From Macrostomum lignano (lineage: Eukaryota): a DNA stretch of 40,751 nucleotides. Under the pieces are notes generated by a model. It saw only the letters and a program-made list of their open reading frames with translations, was not told where the DNA came from and made no database searches. Both the position numbers and the translations under genes were made by a program. Positions 24,381 through 35,640 of the stretch are shown in pieces (position 1 is the first letter of the stretch; each line of letters starts with the position of its first letter). Location of the stretch: assembly GCA_002269645.1 (NCBI GenBank), contig NIVC01004605.1, forward strand, positions 1 to 40,751. The letters run 5' to 3'.

Positions 24381-25211
24381 CTACGAACGAATGTAGAACT
24401 CTCCAGGTGTTTTGTACAGAGCCGGATGAGGAATCAGCGGATACCTCAGCAGGTGGCAGGCAAGTCGCAGCGCATTAAACAGCACAGCCTCGCACTGACC
24501 AGCTTTGCACCTGGAAGTGCACTCGAGGCTGCTCATGGCGTGGTGAGTCCAGTAGAGCGGGCTGGTGTAGTTCGTGGCTGTAGTAATTGCGATGTAGTTC
24601 CTGGGTGACTCAGCAAAGCTGATGCACTTTGGGCTGCCTGGAAAAAATTGTTTTAAAAAAGGAACTATACGAATAGTTTTGATTTTCGATCTGTTTAGAA
24701 AAATCGTAGCTAACTACATTGTACCTGAGTACGTCAAGGCGTAAATAGAGTTTCTATCGCGCCCGCCGCACACCTGAGAGCGATCCCCCAGGCAGGACAT
24801 GTTGCACTCTTCTTTGCTGGCTGCAAACCCGTACCTGCCGTACGTATTGGAACAAGAGCAACAGCAGGCGTGCTGTACGCCAAAGTAGCTAAAGCCTCCA
24901 AGAGAGCAGACTGACGCACACAACTTCAGAGTCATATTCCTGTCAAAAACCACAGCCTGCTGGTAAAACATGCTGTGTCCGCCAAAATAGTGCACACCGA
25001 ACAGCGCATTCAGGTCTCTGGCCCCGGGCTTGTCTGAGTCCACGAAGCATCCAATATAGCTGTTGGTTGCCGGCCTTGCCTCAGCAGTTTGGCAGGATGT
25101 CAGCACTAGCAGGATGAGCAGAGAAGCTGAAGGCAGCAAGGCAAGAAGACGAAATGAACATCTTCCATCTTGCTGCTGTTGGATTGGCACAACTGTTTTA
25201 GTAGCCATCAT
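24381..25211 (-). CDS. Secreted WSC-domain + PAN/Apple-like domain protein, paralog 1 (~247 aa)
   Basis: Exons 25211-24725 and 24637-24381 (phase-1 GT-AG intron; stop 24383-24381). Hydrophobic signal LLALLPSASLLILLVL; WSC pattern SYIGCF..RDL..MTLKLCASVC..YFGVQ..CSC..C..C.G...CGG; second exon LECTSRC..CEAVLF..CHLL. Confidence 0.88.
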
Positions 25212-25712
25212 TCTTCTTTCCACTGTTTAAATTTTTCATCCGTCTTAAGCGTTGGATTATATATTGAAATTTCCTGCCAATTTGTAGCAATTCACAAATG
25301 TCACTCAAACTGAAGCGTCTCGATCTACAGGTTAATTGGCAGGTTGTGAACAAGTTTTTGGAGAGGAACAAATTGCAATTAAAAATGTCCATCGTCCGAC
25401 CTTGGTTCAATATTTACCCAGCAACTGGTATTATTTTCAAAATAAGAATACAAAGATGCTACGCAGATCAAATGATTTTCGATTTTAGTTTTGTCAATCA
25501 ATTCGATATAATTGATTGCTATCTGTCCTACTGTAAGTAACCCTTTTAGAGCGGTAGCATTTGAAAGGAAAATGTGCCTTAAGCCTTGGTTATAACCTTG
25601 CGTTAAAATTGAAATGAACTATAGCAAATCGAATATGTCATACGTATTTGTTTTTAAATCAACTAATTAGTTGAAACATACAATTCCATACACTTCCTTT
25701 CTGATTAAAAAG

Positions 25713-26225
25713 GGGATGTGAACTTAAGCTCCAGAATGGAGCTCAAATGAGGCCAGCAGACCAAACCGACTGGAATCGATAAGTTGTCGGCCCAGATGAC
25801 TACAATGACTTTTGCGGGTCGTCTCCTAAGGTGGGGGGGGCGACCCCTTCGCTACCCGCCAGCCCGAGTGGCACTGATGGCACCTTATGGTCTTGGGCAA
25901 TTAGACCGTAAAAAATTCACGGCCTAAACCAAAAACTGAAATGTGAGGGCCATTGACTCGCTTCTTGGTTTCCAAAATAATCACTATTCCTTAACATGGC
26001 TTAAGGGCTGCATAACACTGCGCGTTTTTTGAGATAAACTCTAGAGCCTTAAGTTCACATAAAATCCCCATTTATCCCATTTCTTCCCCAGGACCCTGCA
26101 GTAGAATAGACTCGGGTGGGATGTGTCAGCGTTTGTAGTCATCTGGGCCGACAAGTTATCGATTCCAGTCGGTTTGGTCTGCTGGCCTCATTCGAGCTCC
26201 ATTCTGGAGCTTAAGTTCACATCCC
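25713..26225. mobile_element. MITE-like non-autonomous element, ~513 bp, 93-bp TIRs
   Basis: 25713-25805 (GGGATGTGAACTTAAGCTCC...GACTACAA) and 26133-26225 are reverse complements with 2 mismatches; no ORF inside; TSD not clear. Confidence 0.8.
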
Positions 26226-27673
26226 TTGTTTTTGCTTGTTGTTTTTGCAGGGCCAAAGAGACTAAAACAGCTTAAACTACGCATCATCTTAAAAGTACTT
26301 TCTAGGTAACGATCCACAGGGCCCTCGATGGCAATATATGTAGCTTCTCCAACGTTGGAATGGTCTGAGGCTTACTTAAACAGCTTATAGCGACCTTGAA
26401 GACTGTCGTGTGACAGGGAAAAAACATGTTTACGATGCTCAAATTGTATTTGCTATTCATAAATTTTGAGTCGGCCTCCTCATCTTCTTCAGCTTAAAAA
26501 TCATTTCTGGTGGTTGTAACTATATCGCAAGGCGGCACACCTGACTATTGTTAAAAAGTTCACTCACGTGTGTCTCTTCCCAAGGACGAAAGCGTTTCTC
26601 AACAGCAAGACTCCCTTGTCTGTTTTACTCTCATTGTGCAGCCGTGTCTGGCATAGCTTGTAGAGGCCAGTAAAGTCCAGTAAAATTTTTTTTGGCAAAT
26701 AAACAAGTAGCTACGAGTATGCCCCTGCTGTGCAAGTATCAATTTATTCAAATGTACGAAGTATTGCTATTGGCAAATTTTAGAAACAGTTTTGCCCTCG
26801 TAATTCTTTTAGCTTCATGACGGCAAGATTTAGCCAAAAAAACTTGCACTTCACTTTCAAACAAGACTCCTATATTTGACAATCTATAGATATATTCTTC
26901 CAGATGCAAGCAAAATCATGCATTCCCATGGATGGTGGCAGTCGGTGTGGTATGAGTTCAACTTTGCCTGCTGCTAAATTCTCAACTCTTTACGAGTACT
27001 ATGCTATGATAATGACATGAAAATGCTTTTGTATGCCATTGCAGACTACATCAAGACTGGCATCCAGACTTGGGGGGGGGTGAGGTGCTCATTGCATCTT
27101 GCAATGAGGCAAAGGATGAGAGGTAAAACGACAGACAAGAAACAGCTTGGTCTAGGAGCTTGTAAAATGAAACTGACGGAGGGACAATTTTTGCGGCAGG
27201 AGCAGAAAAATACCTTAAACAAAGAAACAATAGATATTCAGCAGAGAGCTGAGGTGAAAAAAATAGGAGAGAATTGACTACTGTAGTAGAGCTGCTGTCT
27301 GGGCAAAGAAGGTCGAGGATTAACAAGTAGGTAAGTGGCGCACTACTTTTAAAACAAAGTTAGGCACATCGTAATGTGGAAAGCAATATGTCAATCTTTA
27401 GAAATCATTTCAGAATTTCGAATGACTTCATGTATTGAGCTCGTGGATTCGCGTATTGACCAACCCAATTTTTTGGATCGACCATAAATAAAAAACACAT
27501 GAAACACAATTTTCTCTATCTTGCATTATCAGCAATATAGGAACCGAATTCCGCAAAAGTACCAACTGTCAAATTCAGCTTTAACTGCCAGTTGCCTCGG
27601 CGTAAGAGCACATCATGATTTATTTTTTATCAAAAATATCGAATAATATTATAATTCTCGTATGTTTGTTTCT

Positions 27674-28505
27674 TCACACTCGAACGTAGAACTCTCCGGT
27701 CGTGTTGTACAGATCCGGATAAGGAATCAGCGGATACCTCAACAGGTGACAGGCCCGTCGACGCTCATCAAACAGCACAGCCTCGCACTGGCCAGCTTTG
27801 CACCTGGCGGTGCAATCCAGGCTGCTCATCACGTGGTCAGTCCAGTAGAGCGGGTCGGTGTAGGATGTGGGTGCCCTAATGGCGATGTAGTTCCTTGGAG
27901 CCTTTTTAAAACCGATGCACTTAGGACTTTCTGAAAATGATTTTTTTTTCAGAATAATCAAGTTAACAATACTTCATAAGATTTTAATAAGGCTCTTAGA
28001 ATCGTATCATTGGCTGAGTAGAAATGAACCCACCTGGATATGTCAGGGCGTAAACTGAGTTCCTTCCAAAGCCGCCACATATTTGTGAGTGATTTCCTTT
28101 GCATGTCGTGTTGCACCGGCTTTCGCTAGCAGCCATTCCGTACCGGCCGTAGGAATTCGAACAGAAACAGTGGCAATAGTATTGCAAGCCAAAATACTTG
28201 AAGACTCCAAGTGAGCAGATTGCGCTGCACTTCTCGATGGTCATGCTTGAACAGTTGTAGGCCGTGCCATAGTATGCGCTCATGGAATGTCCTCCGCTAC
28301 CGAAGTACGAAACACGGAACAGGCCGTCGAGGTCTCTGGCTCCATAGGTTCCCGAATCAAGGTAGCATCCTAAATAGCTGAAATTGGCCGGGCGTCCCTC
28401 GGCAGCAGGCGGTGACGTCATCAGGACAGCAACGGCGGCAAGTGACAGAATAGAAGCGAAACACGCTGTACAGGAGTCTCTGATCAGCTTTTTAGTCGTC
28501 GGCAT
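27674..28505 (-). CDS. Secreted WSC-domain + PAN/Apple-like domain protein, paralog 2 (~242 aa)
   Basis: Exons 28505-28034 and 27930-27674 (phase-1 intron at the same position as paralog 1; second exon also 257 nt). Signal FASILSLAAVAVLM; SYLGCY..RDL..MTIEKCSAIC..YFGLQY.CHCFC..C..C.G...CGG. Confidence 0.88.
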
Positions 28506-29580
28506 AGCGATGCACGTTTTCAAACGTCAGCTTGGCAATGAGTTTGGACTTTACCTCAAGAAATTGGATTTTTTTGTCGCTTTTTTATGCTGCTGTACTC
28601 GGTGCAGTAGCTCTCTCCAGGAATCATTTTCCTGATTGGCTCAGATCCAAGGACTTCCAGACAATTCCTTTAACTGCTAGTGGTCGTCGCTTATACGTTA
28701 GAGCCTGCAGCTATAGGTGTCAAAGTCTGGCAAAGTCTTTGCCAAAAGCACAGCAAAGCCATGCATCTTTCTTTCAAAAAGAGACAAACTTGCGCTCTCT
28801 CTGATGTTTTCCGCATCGCATTTTCAGTGCGACTTTGAGAAACCAAAAAGTATGTATGAAAAAAATTGGCTCATTAGCTAATATTAGATATACTCAGTAG
28901 TATGTCTCTCAAGTAGCATAATTGACACAAAATCAAGCAACTTTTTTGTTTTTATTAAGCTTTGAAATTTGCTTTTGCAGCTTTTTATTAGATGACGGCA
29001 TAAGTAGCCATGAGAAAAAATTGAATTTGATAGCAATGATGAGGACGCACTTTTTTCCAAATCCCGCGCTAGCACACGGGCTCTAAATTTACTAGCCTAC
29101 TAACAGTGGGCGATGGGCATTTTTATCCTTTTTCTGTAAATTGTCATAGAATCTATACTAGATATAATGTCTGGCCATACTAGTAGTCATAATAACATAG
29201 GCATTGCTTTTTGGGTCATAAATCATCGCTTTCGAAGCTGGTCTGACAGCCACCTGCGCCTCACTCAGTGTTGAGACGGGCGCCAGATGGTCTGAGAGGA
29301 TGCGGGCGGTAGCTTTTTTCTCATCGTTTTGACAGGCCATCAAGATTTATGAGGTCAGAGCCTATTGTTCGGATTCACTCAAGCGTGTGACAGCTTTGAC
29401 AGCTATGCGTTTTACCCCTAAAAGTACTTTGGGATTAGCGATTAGCAATTCCTCTTCATTATCTTCACTTTCTATTTAATAAGAGCTTTCTAATGTATAT
29501 TTTTTCATTAATTTCTGTCAATCCTACGCGAAAAGTCATAAATCATTTTGTTGCGATTTTGAGTGATTTATGGCCGCACC

Positions 29581-29952
29581 TGTCATCTTTTTACGACCCT
29601 GTGGGAACTGATAGGATCTCTCGGTCACGTGATTCTGGGTAGCAACAAGCTTAGCCAATCAGAAAATTCGACGCTCATTTTAACAAAACGGCTCAGCCAA
29701 TCAGAATCGACGTGTTCTGTTATAACAAACGGCGGTCCAGTTGGCGGCTATTTAAACCGGTGTTTTTGGCCCGCTCGGACCTCAACCTCCTGGGAACTTG
29801 GCCTAGCTAGAGACCTCCCGGAGCCTGACCGTCGTCTCTTGATCCCCGGATTGCGACTCCCCCCGTCATCATCAAGGACGAGTCCCCCGGTCATCAGCAG
29901 CGAACATCAAGTGAAGAGCATCACCTGCTAGCTGACAGTGAAGATCTTGACA
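29581..29952 (+). mobile_element. Possible solo LTR (TGTCA...TGACA) with two CCAAT boxes and a TATA-like box
   Basis: TGTCA at 29581 and TGACA at 29948-29952, flanks GCACC/GCATC (4/5 match); AGCCAATCAGA twice (~29653, ~29695); CTATTTAAA ~29748. Right boundary uncertain. Confidence 0.35.
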
Positions 29953-31785
29953 GCATCATCCCGAGTCTACAGCTGCAGAGCATCAAGCCGATTCGGTCAC
30001 TGTGGATTACCTGGTCTCCGGCTGTTGAGTTTCTGATTGGTTGGGTGAGAGGCTACCTAGACTTGCTTGATTGGGTGATTCCCTATCTGTCCCCTGTTTC
30101 AGTAGCTGAATTAGGCGCACACTTTTGCTCATTTTGTTCAGTGGTGCTGTTACTGAGGCAAAATCATTCAATAATACTGCCAGTAGTCTGAAACTCCAAT
30201 TCGATCCGAAGTGTGAAGTGATCTAAGGAGAAGGTTAAATCTGACAGTTATTTTTATCGGTTTTAGTTCTTTGTTCGCCGATGGCTCAGATGAGTAGCTA
30301 AGCTAGTAGGCGCCGGTCACAGTGGACCAATGGCAAGGCGGTTCTCAGTCGATCAATCAATCAAATCAGTGAGCAAAACTGCCAGAAGTGCAGAATCGGC
30401 GCCAGAGATGTACTTTGTGCACTCTAGGTTAGCCAAGCGGCTCGGGTAATGAATCATGCGAGGTCTCTGAAGTTCGAGTTAGCCTATCATCAGCGCTATG
30501 AGAGGCTAGTTGGCGCGTTGAAGGCTAAAAGTACATATCTTCGTATTTAGCAATGTAATAGTACATGTAGCTACCCCATAGACTCGCCACCGCAAGAATC
30601 CCCTGCACAAGTCCCCTCTGTACCTGCATGGCCAACGCGATCTAGTCCCAGCAGTGTCCCTTATCATCGGCTATGACTTCGAGATTGACAGCAAAAAGAC
30701 ACTAGTTGGCAGGTAAGTGCAAAGCCCCTTCTAGTCGGAAGCCCGATTTCGAGAGTCCCGGTGTGGTGAGCCAGGGCGCACGGGCTGGTGGCAGCAAGTT
30801 AGTTGATCTGCGGATTAGCTAATTTCTACTTTCAAAATTCTCCCTGCTCGTCTCTCGCTGTCCCTCTCTTAGCTATAGGACCTAGACTGCTCGCCACACG
30901 ATCAAGCTACCATGGGGCTGACCATCTGACAGGAGTGGGGGGCCAGGTCTCTAATTGATTTATTTCTGAGCCTGAGGCCCGAAGGCTTCCCTAACAAGGA
31001 GCCCGAAGGTCGAAACCCATCAGCAATATAAAACTTCAATTTTTCGTAAACTTACTTTTCATTTAATTCAGCATCTGGATAAAAAATAGTGTGCATAATA
31101 AATATTTCATGCAAGCTATGTTTAAACTGCTAACTGAATTTGTACTGTGGCTAAACTATAAAAACGAGCGTAGCTAATATACATGTAAGCATATGAATTA
31201 GCTATAAATCAAGGTCGCACGATCAACGGCGATAAAAAAGGAAAATAAAGCATTTTTTTGCGGTTTTTTTACAGAAAGTTCGTAGATACTCCTAGAAACA
31301 AACGTATAGCTAGCCAAAACTGCTCCAGTGCCACAACTTATTTGTTTACTAAATTAATTATCAGATTACTTTCAATATTAAGTGTGAACTTATAAATTTG
31401 TTATGTTTCATATAGTAGAAACAGTAAATTATTCCTAGCAACGTTAATTCTGCTTTATAACCATAATCTGATAGAAGCTGTGGAACTGGAGTCCGAAAAG
31501 TACAATAGATTAACGAGAATCGTTAACTAAATATCAAGAAAAAGCATCAAAACAAAAAAGTTGAAACTGAAAAACAATCAGTATGAAATAATAAGTTTGT
31601 GACACTAAATCTAAAAAAATCAATAAAATCCATGTTAACTAAAGAAAGTGCCGTCAAAAAAAACAAAATTTCAGTTATTAATTTTGTTATCGTCATTGAG
31701 CTTGAATATATAAGCACCAGCACCAGAGGGGTAAAACAAAATTTTAAAAAATCGCACAGCAGGTTATAGAAAAAAATCGATGTAT

Positions 31786-32034
31786 ACTCAGCAACATCGA
31801 AAAGTCGCCATCACACAAGATTTCGTCTGTGGTCGCCCCTGTTGAGAGCGCAGGTGAAGTCTCTCAATCTTTGCGAGTGACGCAACTTACGCGCGTAGCT
31901 ACCCCACGCGGCAGACTTGAGTTGAGGAATGAAGTGGTGGAGCGGTGTGCGACGGTTGGACGGATGAAAGCTACCATGATCAAGAGAAATTGCTCACTGG
32001 CGCATAGAGTGGCGACTTTTCAATGTTGCTGAGT
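31786..32034. mobile_element. Small MITE-like element (~250 bp) with 25-bp TIRs
   Basis: ACTCAGCAACATCGAAAAGTCGCCA (31786-31810) vs TGGCGACTTTTCAATGTTGCTGAGT (32010-32034): one mismatch; GC-rich interior within AT-rich flanks. Confidence 0.65.
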
Positions 32035-32115
32035 GCATCTAATTGTTATAAAAATTCAAAGTTTCTTGTGTATAAAATAAATTATTTTGTGACATTTCTC
32101 GATCAATGTTTTTAT

Positions 32116-35100
32116 TTAGCTATCGCGGTCTCTTTGTTGCATAATCACTTCGTGAGCCAGCTGCACGGCGATGAAGATATCTTTATCGCCTCCTTTGTCT
32201 GGGTGATTTTTCAACTGGGCGGCTCTGTAGGCTTCCTGCAGTTCTTCATCAGAGCAGTACTTGTTCACATTTAATAGCTGGTAAGCAGCTTCAGTAACAA
32301 TTTCTTCCAACTGAGCCAACTGCTTCATTTTCAGTGCCTCTGATTCTGCTTGGTCTTCTTCGAAAAACATGCTCCAAAATTTGTCGCCCAAGTAGTGGTC
32401 AGCAAGGACGGAAAAAATAACGATGCCAGCTTCTACGAGTAGCACACATGGGCCACCGATCACCATCAAAGCTAGAATCGTTCCTGCAACAATTTCAAAA
32501 AAACATTATTGCCAAATTTTAAATAGAATTTTAATCTAACACAAATTCCCAAAGGAAGCTCAAGAGTACATGTAGCGTCAAACTATAAGAGATATGCTCG
32601 ATAGTATACTCATGCCCCCAATAAGTTGACCCCGGGCTTGTACGATTTGCACCCTAAAATACTCCTTCACACTCAGATTAAATGAGACTGAGTCTACATG
32701 TCCACATGCCTGACGACTATAGAAAGCCAGACCTGCATGTATGAGTACGTGTCTGCGTACATAATTGTGTGCTCAGGGTGCAGCCTGCGGAATGAACATA
32801 ACTACTTATCGCATCACTGACTGTGGCTCGACTGCAGTCTCGCTAACTAGCCAAACGAGACTAGCCAAACACATCAGTTTTTAAAGCCAGACAGTCTCAC
32901 CTCCAGTAGTGGCTGCCACAGTGCCGCCGAGTCTGGCCAGTTGCTTGTTCCTCTCCGCTTTGCTCAGTAGACTGCGACGGTAAGCCATTAGAATTTGATA
33001 CGCAGAGTAGGTGGTTGTTCCGACAAGCATTGCTGGGCCCAAAAATCTTCCGAACCCGGTTAAGGCCTTGCCAATCGTGGTGTAGCCAACGCTTTTGCAG
33101 ATTTGTCCCAAAACATTAGGGGATGTGACAACAGCTCTGATGACGCCGCCTCTGACAGCGCCGAACCCCGCGCTTCTGGCTATCCTGATGGCGCACTCGG
33201 AGCTGCTGATCTCCCCCGCGAGGTACCGGCGGACTTCCTCGTCGCAGGAGATCACGCCGGACAAAACTGCATCTACGAAAGCGCCAATAGCAGCTTCTAG
33301 ACCAATCTTTTTGATAGCGAAGTCCAGACTCTTGGTTCGGACTGAAGGATTCCTTAATCTGGCTTCTAGCCAGCTCTTGGCTTTGTTTTCAAGATTGGCA
33401 ACCTCCTTTTCCAATTGATTTCGCCTGGCTTTTTGCTTTTCAAATTCATTGTTTTTTGCTTGAAGATGCCGCGACAGACCCTTTTCAAAAGCCTCCCGTC
33501 TCTGCTGCTTGGTAAAGTTACTCTTTAGCTTTTCGATATCACTTTGCAATTTGGAAATGTCTTTGTTGCACTGGGATAGTTTTTCCCTATCACTGTCTCT
33601 TAGGCTATTCATTGTTGACTCCAGTTCCTTGTCCTGAACAGACTTCTGATGTTCTGCTGAATATTCGTCTTGAGTCCTTAGTTTTTCGCGTTTATTCTTC
33701 AACTTTTCAAGACGCTCTTCAGCATTTCTTAGCTCCGTCGGCTTATCAATTAGTTCATATATTTTGTCGTCCAGCATCTTTTGGTATTCGGCAATGTTGC
33801 CTTCATCCGGAACAAAAACTTGCCGCGCGCTGCCATCATGTTTGACGATGGCTTCGTGCTCTTGCAGGGACTTGATTCGAGCCTCGAGTTCAGCAACTTC
33901 TTGAATACCTTTTCTGAGCCCGTCGACTTCTTTCTGCAGAGCGTCAATCTTTTTTATTTCGGCTAACTTCGGTTTTATCTCAGCAAACACTGAGCTCATG
34001 GTCTTGTCCTGAAGGAAATCCCGAAATGTTTCCCTGTTCTGATCGAGGAACGCCCGAATGTTATCAACAGTGTCGGTCTCGATTTCAAAGCCAATCCGGA
34101 TTCTTGATTCTGCAGCACCTTCAGTGGCATCTGCGATGCCTTTGGGGCCAATCACGGTCACATTGTCCAGCTGCAGAGCTTCTGGGTAACCTTTAGCTTG
34201 TCCAAACTCGCGCTTTGATAGATTGCGGTTCCACTTGGCCCGCCAGTTGTTGATCGTGTCCACAAGGTTTTCAGGTGTGTCCGTGTACTTGAACTGCACG
34301 GCAAAGTACTCGCCAGTGTGGGTGTTTTGAAAGACTGCGTCCGTGTACTCGGGCGTCTTCAATTCGACATGATTCTTTATGGTGATCTTCCCGTTCCCAT
34401 CGCCGGCGTGCAGCACTATGGGAGCGCCGCGCCTCTGCACCTCCGCCATCACCTTCGCTATTTGAAGCTCCTCGAAAGTGATGCCTAGAAGTTCATTCGG
34501 ATAATAGTTTGGCTTGAGACTTTCTAGACAATTTGGCTTCTTCTTTAGCATTTCCGTTGCTGCCTTGACACCGCCATTGCGAAGTTCTTTCACAAACTGC
34601 GCCCACGGTTCGTCTGTCTCAAGTGAGCGGGTTGCATTTCGAGCTGCGTTGGATTGATATCCGATGTTTTTAGCGGCCAATTGAGCACCCTCTTTTTCGG
34701 ACTTTGCCTGCGTGAAGTTTTTGTATGCTTTTTTAAAGTCCTCCACCTCCTGTAAGCTTATGTCTTTCAACGCTTGGTCTCTCGATTTAACCCTGCCCGG
34801 ATCGCACTGAATCCGCAGCTTAATTTTATGAGTAAATGTCGCATCGGCTCTCTTGTCACAGGCGCCGCTAAACACAAGATTTACAATTTTCGTCCAAGTT
34901 TTCAGCTTGACTTCCTTCGCAACCGAATACTCAATTGTTCCCATTGTGGTAGCGGTGAGTTTGCCTTTAGCAATGAACACTGGCAGTTTAAGCTCCCGAT
35001 CGGTGCCATTTAAACTGTATTTAGCCTTGTAGAGTTCCATGACCACCTCACAGCTGACAGACTCTGGTGAGCACAGATGGAGCTTCGCCGAGATCGGTTC

Positions 35101-35601
35101 AACAGACAAGCTGACTGTTGAGGGCAAACAGTTCAGTTCTGACGCCTTGCAATCGACAGTAACGGCGTCATTAGTTTGAATCAGTTTAGGAAGCAGTGAG
35201 TTCATCGACAGCCTGTCGGAGATCTCTTCGTCAAACTGGAGTCCAATCTCGGTGAAGTAGCCGCTTATCCAGTAGCGATCCAGCTCTGGAAAGTCGCACA
35301 GCCAGTGCCTCATTTTTCCTAGCACGTCAGAATTGTCGCCACCTTCAAGAACTTCGCAATCGGTATTTCGTAGGCCACTCGAAATCAAAGTAAATTTCTT
35401 TTTAGAGTTTTTATCTATCGCTTTCGTTAAAAGCTCACTCGCTTCTGCAGTTTGAAAGGCGAATTTATCTCTCAGTTCACCCAGTATTTGTTTATGCACC
35501 TTCTCAATGTCTCTTTCTGGCAGTCGGCAGGGGACCTCCATTGCTTTGGCCATTGCCTGCTTGTAGATGTCTAAGCCATTCTCCACCGTTGTTGAAGACA
35601 T
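32116..35601 (-). CDS. Large multidomain protein (~1022 aa): helical N-terminus, putative PD-(D/E)xK nuclease-fold domain, coiled coil, Gly-rich hydrophobic helices, C-terminal J-domain
   Basis: Exon 35601-32901 (donor GGAG|GTGAGA, phase 1) joins in frame to exon 32483-32116 (acceptor TTGCAG). J-domain AYQLLNV...LQEAYR..QLKNHPDKGGDKDIFIAVQLAHEVI (HPD 32205-32197). Acceptor TTTCAG lies 3 nt upstream of the ATG, so more 5' coding exons are possible. Confidence 0.85.
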
Positions 35602-35640
35602 TGTCTGAAAGTTTTAGGAGGGTGTAGGTGTCAGTTAGGG

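Noticed and set aside
26560-27330. Possible small exons or degenerate gene between the WSC paralogs (acceptor-like CCAG/GCAG sites, short ORFs)
   Set aside because: No consistent frame, no homology to the WSC/PAN exons and no recognisable motif.
31800-32020. Structured ncRNA (U3, SRP, RNase P, 7SK considered)
   Set aside because: No conserved boxes recognised; terminal pairing is better explained as transposon TIRs.
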